Positions 14,768-23,749 of a stretch of 39,091 nt of DNA are shown in pieces. This DNA is from a virus. Lineage: Duplodnaviria > Caudoviricetes. The position numbers were made by a program, and so were the translations under genes. The stretch's first letter is position 1, and each line of letters starts with the position of its first letter. The notes below the pieces were generated by a model. The model made no database searches, had not been told where the DNA came from, and saw nothing but the letters and a program-made list of their open reading frames with translations. Location of the stretch: the IMG/VR virus record IMGVR_UViG_3300048890_000088, positions 1 to 39,091 of that record; one strand, written 5' to 3'.

Positions 14768-16503
14768 CGCTGCGCCGCGAGCCGGCCGCTGCCCCGATCG
14801 CCCTCGGTTACCTCCGCGTCTCAACGGAGGACCAGGCGCGCGACGATCGCGCCTCCCTCGGCCAGCAGGAGGCGGCGATCCGCGCGCTCGCGACCCGCCG
14901 CGGCTTCACCCTGGCCCAGCTCTTCACGGATCCCGGCGCGTCGGGCGGCTCGGCCGACCGCCCCGCCTTCCAAGCCCTCCTTGCCTACTGCGCGCAGCAC
15001 CCTTGCACTGATACGGTGCCAGGGTACGTCCTCGTCCTCAACGATTCCCGCTGGGGACGGTTCGAGCATCCGGAGGAAGCGACCTACTGGCGCGAGCATC
15101 TGCGCCGCGCGGGCTGGCTCGTCCGCTTCACCGAAGGCGATGACTCCGACGAGCTGATGACCCGCGGCGTGCTCCGCGCGATCCACTCGAGCACGGCCAG
15201 CGCCTACCGGGAGCAGATCAAGGCGACGGCGAAGCGGGGCGCCCGCGGCTCGGCCGCCGAAGGGTTCTGGCAGAACGAGGCCCCGATCGGCTACCGCCGG
15301 CGCGAGCTCGCGCCCGACGGGACCTGGGGCCGCACGCTCGAGCACGGGCAGCGGAAGTCGGATGGCGTCCGCGTGAAGCTCACGCCCGGCCCGCGCCCGG
15401 AGCTCGAGTTGATCCTCTGGCTCTTCGAGGCCTACGCCGCCGGCGACCTGGGGCTCTGGCAGCTCGCGCGCCTGGCGCACGCGCGGTGGCCCGAGAAGCG
15501 GTGGAGCTCCACGGTGGTGCGGCACATCCTCACCAACCGCGCCTATGCCGGCGAGGTCGTGTGGTGTCGGCGGCCGCACGACGGCCCCGAGCGCCGGCGG
15601 ACCCCCGTGCGATCGCCAGACGCGTGGGTCGTCGTGATCGATGCCCACCCGGCGCTCATCCCCACCGATCTCTTCGCGGCCGTACAAGCCCGCCTGGCCT
15701 CGCGGCCGGTCGCGGTGCGTCCCAAGACGCCCTACCTCCTGACGGGGCTCCTGCGGTGCCAGCACTGCGGCGACACCTACGCTGCCGGCGGCACGTCGAA
15801 GGTCCGCCATGGGAGCGTCGAGCGGCTCCGATTCTATCTCCATCGCCAGGCGTCTTGGATCCCCGAGCGGCGGGATCCCTCGATCGCGGCGTGCCCGGAG
15901 CTGATGCTGACGCTCAACCAGCCCAAGCTCGAAGCCGCGGTGACGGAGGCGATCGCTCAAGCGGCCTCGCAGCCGGCCGTGCGTCTCGCGATCGGGCAGG
16001 CCTTCGACGCGGCAGTACTCGAAGCGCGCGAACGTCCCGTCCCCGCGCGGGAGACGGCCCGACGCCGGCGCGCCGAGCTGCAGCGCCAGCGCACGCGCCT
16101 GGTCGCGGCGGTGGGCGACGGCACGATGACGAACGAGGACGCGCGCCCCGCCCTCGAGCAGAACCGGCTCGCGCTCGAGGCGGTCGACGCCGAGCTGCAG
16201 CGCGGCCGCTTCGGGGACCGGCGCGTCGACGCCCTGGCCGCCCAGCGCGCCCAGGTCCTCCAGTGGGCCGAGGATCTCCCCGCGCTCCTCCCCCGGCTCC
16301 CGATTCTCGATCGCCGGAAGCTCCTCGGCGCCTGGCTGCAGACCGCTACGGTCGACCGCGCCGGCGGGGCGCTGCAGATCGCGCTCCGCTCCATCCCTGC
16401 TTTGGAGATGGGAGGCCGGCCGGGGCTGATGTCTCAACTCCAAGGCGCTCCGCTCCTCGCGCTCACCCTTCCCCTCCCTGCCCCCCGGCGCCGCCATGCC
16501 TGA
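14764..16503 (+). CDS. large serine recombinase (integrase-like)
   Basis: GYLRVSTEDQ catalytic motif, GASGGSADRPAF, DSRWGR, APIGY, ILTNRAYAG, HPALI, LLTGLLRCQHCG, coiled coil. Confidence 0.93.
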   Translation: MTLRREPAAAPIALGYLRVSTEDQARDDRASLGQQEAAIRALATRRGFTLAQLFTDPGASGGSADRPAFQALLAYCAQHPCTDTVPGYVLVLNDSRWGRFEHPEEATYWREHLRRAGWLVRFTEGDDSDELMTRGVLRAIHSSTASAYREQIKATAKRGARGSAAEGFWQNEAPIGYRRRELAPDGTWGRTLEHGQRKSDGVRVKLTPGPRPELELILWLFEAYAAGDLGLWQLARLAHARWPEKRWSSTVVRHILTNRAYAGEVVWCRRPHDGPERRRTPVRSPDAWVVVIDAHPALIPTDLFAAVQARLASRPVAVRPKTPYLLTGLLRCQHCGDTYAAGGTSKVRHGSVERLRFYLHRQASWIPERRDPSIAACPELMLTLNQPKLEAAVTEAIAQAASQPAVRLAIGQAFDAAVLEARERPVPARETARRRRAELQRQRTRLVAAVGDGTMTNEDARPALEQNRLALEAVDAELQRGRFGDRRVDALAAQRAQVLQWAEDLPALLPRLPILDRRKLLGAWLQTATVDRAGGALQIALRSIPALEMGGRPGLMSQLQGAPLLALTLPLPAPRRRHA

Positions 16504-16927
16504 ACCGATGCGCTCCGAAGCCGAGATCCAGCGCGACGTGATCCGCCTCCTCACCCTCGCCGGGTTCGTCGTCTACAACACCTCCCAGGGCTACCGGAAG
16601 GAGCCCGGCGGCACGCGGATGACGCGCGGCCTCGCCGACCTCATCCTCTTCCACCCGATCCTCAAGCGATTCGGGGCCTTCGAAGTGAAGACTACACTCG
16701 GGCTCAAGCTCCATGAGCGCGGGATCCTCTGCCAGGGCCAGCCGAAGGACATCCTCCGCGCCCAGGGGCAGCAACGGTTCGGCCGCCACTGCACGACCTG
16801 CGGTGGCGTCTACGCGATCGGCGGGATGGCCGAAGCGTGGAAGTTGTTGGAATCACTTGGCTTGGCCGAGCCGGAGGCGACCTCGATCACCGGGTACCGC
16901 CTACGCGTTCCACGTGAAACCCGATAA
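16496..16927 (+). CDS. VRR-NUC family nuclease
   Basis: SEAEIQRDV, GLADLIL, FEVKT, QQRF. Confidence 0.8.
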   Translation: MPEPMRSEAEIQRDVIRLLTLAGFVVYNTSQGYRKEPGGTRMTRGLADLILFHPILKRFGAFEVKTTLGLKLHERGILCQGQPKDILRAQGQQRFGRHCTTCGGVYAIGGMAEAWKLLESLGLAEPEATSITGYRLRVPRETR

Positions 16928-17001
16928 CCTGTCACGAACCCGATAACTTGACACCGGCCCCCGCCCTGCCGAGGTTGGGACGGGCCCTCCAGGAGGAGCA
17001 C

Positions 17002-17214
17002 ATGTCGTTGCGATCGATGGCGGCTCAGCTGCGGAACGCTCTAGCCGACCAACCCGGCTTCACCCGCACCCCGACCTGCGTCAGCTGCCAGGAGCCCTTC
17101 ACCCCGCCGAAGGACCGGCAGGGCCTCCCGCTCCCGGTGCTCGCCGCCGGCGCCGTCTGTCCCAGCTGCAACGGGGCACCGGTGGCTGGCGCGACCCTCG
17201 GCGAGGAGGTCTGA
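17002..17214 (+). CDS. small zinc-finger protein
   Basis: SD AGGAGG; CVSC...CPSC. Confidence 0.65.
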   Translation: MSLRSMAAQLRNALADQPGFTRTPTCVSCQEPFTPPKDRQGLPLPVLAAGAVCPSCNGAPVAGATLGEEV

Positions 17215-17414
17215 TGCGCCTCGTGATCCTCGGCCTGCTCTCGCTCCTGCTCGCCTTCGCCGCGGGCGGACTGGCCGGCTACCGGCAGGCGATCATCGAC
17301 TACGCCTTCACCCCGATGCCGGAGATCCTCACCGGCCCGATCGCCTCGCGCCTCCTCGGCGGCTTGGCGATCGCGTTCTTCGCGCTCGGCATCTGGCTCG
17401 CGACGGTCGGATGA
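17214..17414 (+). CDS. small two-TM membrane protein
   Basis: Two hydrophobic segments; SD GAGGAGG. Confidence 0.65.
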   Translation: MRLVILGLLSLLLAFAAGGLAGYRQAIIDYAFTPMPEILTGPIASRLLGGLAIAFFALGIWLATVG

Positions 17415-17671
17415 AGCCGACGGCGCCGCTCCTGCCGGGCGCCGAACGCGCCGGCCTCCTCATCCTGGCGCTGGTCCTGATCTCCTGGCTCCTGGTCGGC
17501 ACGATCGGGTACGTCGTCGGCTGGTTCACCCACGGCACCGAGATCAGCCAGGAGCAGCGCGTGCTCGCGCACCGCCTCGACTCCCTCGACACCTCGGCCG
17601 CGCAGCTCCACAACGTCGATTCGCTCCTCTGCTCCGTCCCGGCCGTTCACCTTCGCCCAGGTACCCGCTGA
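17411..17671 (+). CDS. single-TM membrane protein
   Basis: GLLILALVLISWLLVGTIGYVVGWF. Confidence 0.6.
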   Translation: MKPTAPLLPGAERAGLLILALVLISWLLVGTIGYVVGWFTHGTEISQEQRVLAHRLDSLDTSAAQLHNVDSLLCSVPAVHLRPGTR

Positions 17672-17946
17672 TGTCCCTCGGTCGCAGCCCCATGGTCCGT
17701 TCGCTCGGTCTGATGGCCGCGCTCGTCGCCGCCATGCCGGCCGCCAATCTCGCCAGCGCCCAGAACAAGGCCGTCATCCCCTCGGCGATGATGGCCACGG
17801 GCCAAGTGGCCGGGGATCCGTGGCGTGCCTCCGGCGCCAGTGGTCGCGGGCGGAAGAACGGCGGCCCTAGTCACGTCAAGCGGAACGCCGGCCGTTCGCA
17901 GATGGCGAAGAAGCGGCAACGGCGCCACCGCCGGAGCTGGCGATGA
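17671..17946 (+). CDS. small basic protein
   Basis: Hydrophobic N-terminus, Arg/Lys-rich tail, overlapping start and stop. Confidence 0.5.
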   Translation: MSLGRSPMVRSLGLMAALVAAMPAANLASAQNKAVIPSAMMATGQVAGDPWRASGASGRGRKNGGPSHVKRNAGRSQMAKKRQRRHRRSWR

Positions 17947-18125
17947 CCGGTCTGCTCAGCTTCTGCGCCGGTGTGCTCACGCTCCTGCTCGTGATCATCG
18001 CGCGCGGCCGCGCGCTCGAGCGACGCTGGTGGGCTCAACGCGCGGCGGCGCTGGCGAAGGAGAATGAGAAGTTCTTGAACGCTGGGGCCCGCCGCCGCCT
18101 CCGGAAACAGCGAGCTGGCAAGTGA
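17943..18125 (+). CDS. small membrane-anchored protein
   Basis: N-terminal TM segment and basic tail. Confidence 0.5.
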   Translation: MTGLLSFCAGVLTLLLVIIARGRALERRWWAQRAAALAKENEKFLNAGARRRLRKQRAGK

Positions 18126-18322
18126 CCTGGCTCTCGCGCGCGATCGCGATCGTCGCCTTCGGGGGGATCCTCCTCGTGGCCCTCGCGCGGCTCGCAATCT
18201 GGATCCGGTGGCGGGTGCGGAGCTGTCGCCCGCGTGCGCGGGTGTGCTTCCGGTGCGGCGTCACGGTCGAGACGGGGACGCTGCCAGCGGTCCGCGTGCT
18301 CTGCCCCACCTGCATCCCGTGA
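18122..18322 (+). CDS. membrane-anchored zinc-finger protein
   Basis: TM segment, then CFRC...CPTC. Confidence 0.5.
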   Translation: MTWLSRAIAIVAFGGILLVALARLAIWIRWRVRSCRPRARVCFRCGVTVETGTLPAVRVLCPTCIP

Positions 18323-18735
18323 GGACCTTCGCGATCCGGATGCTCACCGCCGACGGCCTCCAGCTCGTCGCGGTCCTCCCCGCCCTCGATGGACCGGCCG
18401 CGATCGATGCCTTGAAGCAGCTGATTCCGCACTCACCTGGCATCGCAGCCTTCCACGCCACGCCTTGCGAGCTCGTCCCGGATCCGATCCTCGGCGCGCG
18501 CATGGGATGGACGATTCATCGCAGCCCCGACATCTCGCGATGCCCGTACTGTGGGAAGGCGCTGGAGAAGCCGCTCGAGGGGCACCTCGTCGCCGTGCGG
18601 ATCTGGGGCCACCCCGAAGCCGAGACCACCATCGGCGGCCACTCGCGCCTCGCGTGTTCCAAATGCAATGGCTGGGTCGAAGTCGTCACGAAGGTCGACG
18701 CCGACACCATCACGCTGGCGCTCCAGCGCAACTAG
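18319..18735 (+). CDS. zinc-ribbon protein (Com-like C-terminus), candidate late regulator
   Basis: RCPYCGKAL...ACSKCNGWVEV; last gene before the late region. Confidence 0.5.
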   Translation: MRTFAIRMLTADGLQLVAVLPALDGPAAIDALKQLIPHSPGIAAFHATPCELVPDPILGARMGWTIHRSPDISRCPYCGKALEKPLEGHLVAVRIWGHPEAETTIGGHSRLACSKCNGWVEVVTKVDADTITLALQRN

Positions 18736-18760
18736 CGATACTTTAGCTCAGCAGGCCCCT

Positions 18761-18803
18761 CGCGGCCCTCCTCCCTGATCGGGAGCGGGGCCGCGTTTCG
18801 TTT
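18761..18803 (+). terminator. terminator/attenuator before terS
   Basis: CGCGGCCC..CTCCC-TGATC-GGGAG..GGGCCGCG followed by TTTCGTTT. Confidence 0.7.
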
Positions 18804-18821
18804 CCAGAGCACGGAGCTGCA

Positions 18822-19415
18822 ATGCCACGACGCCGGCCCCGAGCGGGCGCGTCTGACGCCGGTCCGGCCGAAGGCCTCACCGACGCGCAGGACCGCTTCT
18901 GTCAAGAGTACCTGGTCGACCTGAACGCCACACGGGCGTACCTGACGGCCTATCCGAAAGTGAAGCGCACGACCGCCTCGGCGAACGGGTCGCGATTGCT
19001 TGCAAACGCTAAGGTCGCCGCGCGCGTGCAGCAGCTGCAGTTGGCCCGCTGCGCCCGCCTCGGAATCACGGCTGACGACGTGGTGCGTGAGCTCGCCGCG
19101 GTGGGGATGAGCGACGTGGAGGATCTCGCCTTCGCGCAGGACGGCCGCCTGATGGTGCGCCCCGGTGGCAATCCCCTGGCGCGGCGCGCGGTGGCCTCGG
19201 TGAAGTTCAGCCGCGTGAAAGGGAAGCGCGGGGAGCTCCAGCTCGAGAACGCCGAGATCCGCCTGTGGAGCAAGCCCGAGGCGCTCCGGATGCTGGCCCT
19301 GCATACCGGCGTGCTGAAGGAACAGGTCGACGTGACGCATCGCTTCGTCGCCGAGGTCCCGCCGACCGCCGAGAGCGCGGCCGCATGGCAGCAGCAGCAC
19401 GCCCCGAAGAAGTAA
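18822..19415 (+). CDS. terS: terminase small subunit
   Basis: LTDAQDRFCQEYLVDLNATRAY...ANGSRLL...ITADDVVREL...SKPEALRML. Confidence 0.92.
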   Translation: MPRRRPRAGASDAGPAEGLTDAQDRFCQEYLVDLNATRAYLTAYPKVKRTTASANGSRLLANAKVAARVQQLQLARCARLGITADDVVRELAAVGMSDVEDLAFAQDGRLMVRPGGNPLARRAVASVKFSRVKGKRGELQLENAEIRLWSKPEALRMLALHTGVLKEQVDVTHRFVAEVPPTAESAAAWQQQHAPKK

Positions 19416-20806
19416 TCTGGCGGCCGCAGCCCGGCCCGCAGACCGCCCTCCTGGCCTGTCCCGTCGCCGATGTGTTCTACGGCGGCGCGATGGGCGGCGG
19501 CAAGACCGACGGCCTCCTGGGCGACTGGCTGAAGCACGCCGGGAAGTACGGCCAGCACGCGAGCGGGGTGCTCTTCCGGAAGTCGTATCCCCAGCTCGAG
19601 CGGATCGAGGAGCGGGCGCGCGAGATCTTCGCCCCGCTCGGGGCGCGCGAGAATCGCCAGAAGCACGCCTGGCACTTCCCGAATGGCGCGGTCCTCCGGT
19701 TCCGGATCCTCGAGAAGGACAAGGACGCGGAGAAGTACCAGGGCGATGCCTACACCTGGATGGGGTTCGACGAGCTCACCAACTGGGCCTCCCCGAAGCC
19801 GATCGACAAACTCTTCGCGCGCCTCCGCTCGGTCCACGGGATTCCCTGCGTGCGACGCGCGGCTGGCAACCCGGGGGGCGTCGGCCACAACTGGGTGAAG
19901 GCGCGGTACATCGACCCGGCCCCGCCCTTCCACCCGCACCAGTACCAACCGCAACCCGAAGTCCGGCCCGACCTCTGGGTGCAGGCGGTGTTCATCCCCG
20001 CCAAGCTCGAGGACAACCAGATCCTGATGCGCGGCGATCCGGAGTATGAAGCCCGCCAGGCGGTGGCCGCAGATTCGCCCGAGCTCTTCCGGGCCTGGCG
20101 GTATGGCGACTGGGACATCGTGGCCGGCGGGATGTTCGATGACGTGTGGCGACGGGACAAGCACCTCCTGCGCCCGTTCGCGATCCCGCGGAGCTGGAAG
20201 ATCGACCGGGCGTTCGACTGGGGCAGCTCACATCCCTTCTCGGTCGGCTGGTGGGCCGAGAGCGATGGCACCCCGGCGAAGATGGCCGATGGGACCGATC
20301 GCCACTTCCCTCGGAAGTCGCTGATCCGGATCGCGGAGTGGTATGGCTGGAACGGGAAGCCGAACGAAGGCACGAAGCTCACCGACACGGAGATCGCGCG
20401 CGGGATCCTGCAGCGGGAGCGGGAGATGGAGCTCCAGGGCCGCGTGCAGGTCGGACCGGCGGACGCCTCGATCTTCGACATCGAGAACGGCAACAGCCCC
20501 GCGGCGATGCAGGCGCTGCTCGGCGTGCAGTGGGAGCGGGCCGACAAGAGCTCGGGGAGTCGGAAGCAGGGGTGGGCCGCGATCCGCACCCGGCTCAAGG
20601 AGGCGCTGAAGGACCGGCCGGAGGATCCCGGCCTCTGGATCTTCGCCACCTGCGTGCAGTGGATCCGCACCGTCCCCGTGCTCCCCCGGCACGCCGTGAA
20701 GCTCGATGATGTCGATAGCGACGCCGAGGATCACATTGGCGACGAAACGCGGTACAGAGTCCTGGCACCGGACCGGACGCTCAGGACAGGGACTTTCAGG
20801 ACTTGA
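19385..20806 (+). CDS. terL: terminase large subunit
   Basis: Walker A YGGAMGGGKT, Walker B FDELT, NPGG.GH.WVK, FDWG nuclease motif, DH..DETRY. Confidence 0.95.
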   Translation: MAAAARPEEVIWRPQPGPQTALLACPVADVFYGGAMGGGKTDGLLGDWLKHAGKYGQHASGVLFRKSYPQLERIEERAREIFAPLGARENRQKHAWHFPNGAVLRFRILEKDKDAEKYQGDAYTWMGFDELTNWASPKPIDKLFARLRSVHGIPCVRRAAGNPGGVGHNWVKARYIDPAPPFHPHQYQPQPEVRPDLWVQAVFIPAKLEDNQILMRGDPEYEARQAVAADSPELFRAWRYGDWDIVAGGMFDDVWRRDKHLLRPFAIPRSWKIDRAFDWGSSHPFSVGWWAESDGTPAKMADGTDRHFPRKSLIRIAEWYGWNGKPNEGTKLTDTEIARGILQREREMELQGRVQVGPADASIFDIENGNSPAAMQALLGVQWERADKSSGSRKQGWAAIRTRLKEALKDRPEDPGLWIFATCVQWIRTVPVLPRHAVKLDDVDSDAEDHIGDETRYRVLAPDRTLRTGTFRT

Positions 20807-20813
20807 GGTCACG

Positions 20814-22331
20814 ATGACGCAGACCCTCCAGACCGACCAGCAGGCCGACCAGCCGACCTTTGAGCATCCGACCTACCGCGCGAACAAGGACGCCTGGGCC
20901 CTGATCAACGACCTCCTCGCCGGCACGCGCGCGATGCGCGACCAGGCGGCGGTCTATCTCCCCAAGGCCGAAAAGGAGCCGCTGAATGCCTGGAGGTTGC
21001 GCGTCAATCGCACCGAACTCTTCAACGGTTTCGCCCAGACCGTCGAGGTGCTGATCAGCATCATCTTGCGGAAGCCCCCCCAGCTCGGCCAGGCGACGCC
21101 ACAGGCCCTGCTCGACGACGCCGAAGACATCGACCTGCAGGGCACGCACGTCGATGTGTTCACCCGCCAGGTGGCCGAGGACGGTCTCGCCAAGGGGTTC
21201 GCCGGGATCCTGATCGACATGCCCGACGCGCCGGCGGTGATCTCGAAGGCTGACGAGGAGGTGATGGGGATCCGCCCCTACTGGGTGCACATCCGCGCGG
21301 AGGACGTGATCAACTGGCGGGTCGAGCGCATCGGCGGCCGCCTCGAGTACACGCTGCTCGTCTTCAAGGAGTCGGCGACCGTCCCGACGGAGACCTTCGG
21401 CCAGGTCACCAAGGCGCGGTTCCGTGTCTTCCGCCTCGACGTGGCGCGGGACGCCGACGGCACGGTGCTCTCGCGGACGGTGCGCTGGGAGCTCTGGCAG
21501 CTGAACGAGGACAAGAAGACGGCCACCAAGCTCAAGGAGGGCCTGCTGGTCGGTGTCGACCGCATCCCCTTCGTGGTCTTCTATGCCGGCACCAAGAACG
21601 CGCAGCTCAACATCAAGCCGCCGCTCGAGGACCTGGCGCACACCACGATCGCGCACTTCCAAGTGCGCTCGGACCGCCGGTACGCCCTCCACATCAGCGA
21701 CGTGCCGCTCCTGGTGATCATCGGGTCACAGAAGGCCGAAGGCGAGGAGGTCTACGTCGGGCCGAACTCCTCGATCAACGTCCCGCTCGGCGGCGATGTG
21801 CAGTGGCGCTCGCCGAACGCGCCGCTCGAGCAGACCCGGCAGGAGCTGCAGGATCTCATCCAGGAGATGGCCTCCTACGGCCTCGCCTTCATGACGCGCG
21901 AGACCCGCGCGGCCGAGACGGCCGAAGCGAAGCGGATGGACAAGGAGGGGCAGAGCTCACGGCTGGCGGTGACGGGCCGCGGCCTGCAGGATGCGCTCGA
22001 GGGGGCGTGGGGCTTCCACGCGGCCTTCCGCAAGGTGGAGGCGAAGGTCGAGGTGCAGCTGGACCTGGACTTCGAGCGCCTCTCGATCGATGCGGCCACT
22101 CTGGTGGCCTACCAGCAGCTCGTCGCGGCCGGCGATCTCTCGCGCCAGACCTTCTGGCAGATCCTCAAGCTCAACCGCGCGCTGCCCGACGATTTCGACG
22201 CCGACGCCGAGCTGCAGATGCTCGCGGACGAGGCGCTCACGCTCGGGAAGGACCCCACCCCGGCCCTGCCGAATCCGGATCCGAACAAGGCTAACCCCGC
22301 GCCGGCGGCCGACGGAGTCGGCGATGCCTGA
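20814..22331 (+). CDS. portal protein (DUF4055-like)
   Basis: Follows terL; YLPK...E, RPYW, IPFV, PPL.DLA, G.LSRQTF. Confidence 0.85.
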   Translation: MTQTLQTDQQADQPTFEHPTYRANKDAWALINDLLAGTRAMRDQAAVYLPKAEKEPLNAWRLRVNRTELFNGFAQTVEVLISIILRKPPQLGQATPQALLDDAEDIDLQGTHVDVFTRQVAEDGLAKGFAGILIDMPDAPAVISKADEEVMGIRPYWVHIRAEDVINWRVERIGGRLEYTLLVFKESATVPTETFGQVTKARFRVFRLDVARDADGTVLSRTVRWELWQLNEDKKTATKLKEGLLVGVDRIPFVVFYAGTKNAQLNIKPPLEDLAHTTIAHFQVRSDRRYALHISDVPLLVIIGSQKAEGEEVYVGPNSSINVPLGGDVQWRSPNAPLEQTRQELQDLIQEMASYGLAFMTRETRAAETAEAKRMDKEGQSSRLAVTGRGLQDALEGAWGFHAAFRKVEAKVEVQLDLDFERLSIDAATLVAYQQLVAAGDLSRQTFWQILKLNRALPDDFDADAELQMLADEALTLGKDPTPALPNPDPNKANPAPAADGVGDA

Positions 22332-22563
22332 GCCGCTCCTCTCGGCCGACGCCTTGGTGCGGTGGGCGGAGTACTGCGCGCAGTTCCGCGCCGAGGTCTA
22401 TCCGATCTTCGCGGCTGCCGGCCTGACGTTCGGGGAGGCGCTCCTCGTCTTCAAGATGAACGAAGTGCGGAATGAGCTGATCGAGCAGAACGAGAGGCTC
22501 GGCGACGATGACCCCGATCGGGACGCGCCCTGGCGCCGGCCCCGTGACGCCGGCGGCGGCTGA
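22324..22563 (+). CDS. hypothetical protein
   Basis: SD GGAG; overlaps the portal stop and the next start. Confidence 0.6.
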   Translation: MPEPLLSADALVRWAEYCAQFRAEVYPIFAAAGLTFGEALLVFKMNEVRNELIEQNERLGDDDPDRDAPWRRPRDAGGG

Positions 22564-23606
22564 TGCCCACGCCGATCACCCGCCTCGAGCTCGATGCGGT
22601 CGGCCGAGGCCTCCGCACGGCCGTCCTGTTGCGCCGCTATGAGAACACGCTCGCCGCGCGCGCGAGGAGCGTCCTCACCGACGCGCGGGACAAGCTCGTC
22701 GCGCTGCTGCTCAACCAGGACCCGACCGACGTGTCGGCGGGCCGCGTGCCGCGCCGGCTGCGCTCCCTGCAGCGCCAGGCCGACGACATTCTCACCTCAG
22801 CCTATCGGGATCTGAACGAAGTCACGCGCGAGGCCCTGGTCGAGCTCGCCTCCGTGCGCGCCCAGGGCGCCGGCGCCGAGATCGCCCGCGCGGTGAACCA
22901 GGTTATGGTCGACGCCACCGCCGAGGTCCAGCTCCCGTCGCGGGCGATGCTCCGCGCGATCGTGACCGAGCAGCCGGTCCGCGGGGCGGTGATGTACGAC
23001 TGGTGGAAGCAGCAGCGGCTACAGACAAGGCTCCGCTTCCAGACGGAGATCCGGATCGGCCTTACGAACGGCGAGTCGACGGACGACCTGGTCCGGCGCG
23101 TGCGTGGCCGCTCGATCGGCGGCGGGCGGTACGATGGCGGGATCCTCGACGTGTCGACGCGCCAGGCCGAGGCGCTGGTCCGCACTTCCGTCACGCAGGT
23201 CGCGAACCGCGCCGCCTTCGACACCTATGCCGCGAACGACGATCTCACCCAGGAGTACGAGTACGTCGCCGTGCTCGATGATCGCACCACGGAGATCTGC
23301 GCGAATCTCGATGGCGAGCGGTATCGCTACGACGATCCGGCCGGCAAGCGGCCGCCGCAGCACTGGAACTGCCGTTCTACCATCATTCCGGTCGTCAACT
23401 ACCAGGGACTCGGCCTGAAGCCGCCGGCCGAGGAGCCGCGGCAGCTCTACCCCGACTGGTTCGACGCGCAGAGCGCCTCAGTGCAGGACAGCATTCTCGG
23501 CCCTGGGCGCGCCGCACTGGTGCGGGACGGCTCGGCGACGCTCGGCGACATGGTCCGTCAGGACGGCTCGCGGGTGCCGCTCAGCGACCTCGAGGACGCC
23601 GGTTAA
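22563..23606 (+). CDS. minor head protein (SPP1 gp7/MuF family)
   Basis: AEALVRT, AVLDDRTTEIC..LDG, PPQHWNCRS. Confidence 0.92.
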   Translation: MPTPITRLELDAVGRGLRTAVLLRRYENTLAARARSVLTDARDKLVALLLNQDPTDVSAGRVPRRLRSLQRQADDILTSAYRDLNEVTREALVELASVRAQGAGAEIARAVNQVMVDATAEVQLPSRAMLRAIVTEQPVRGAVMYDWWKQQRLQTRLRFQTEIRIGLTNGESTDDLVRRVRGRSIGGGRYDGGILDVSTRQAEALVRTSVTQVANRAAFDTYAANDDLTQEYEYVAVLDDRTTEICANLDGERYRYDDPAGKRPPQHWNCRSTIIPVVNYQGLGLKPPAEEPRQLYPDWFDAQSASVQDSILGPGRAALVRDGSATLGDMVRQDGSRVPLSDLEDAG

Positions 23607-23664
23607 GGCCCTCCCTCTTGCGCGGACGCTGGGAACCCGTAGATTGACCGGCAGCTGGCCCACC

Positions 23665-23700
23665 GCGGCCCGCCCCTCCCGGGGTGGGCCGCTTGTCGTT
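23665..23700 (+). terminator. terminator/attenuator in the scaffold leader
   Basis: GCGGCCCGCCCC-TCCC-GGGGTGGGCCGC followed by TTGTCGTT; upstream TTGCGC-16-TAGATT. Confidence 0.55.
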
Positions 23701-23749
23701 GTGTCCCGCTCAGCGATGCTGAGCCGCGCCGAGAGCGCGAGGAGATCCG

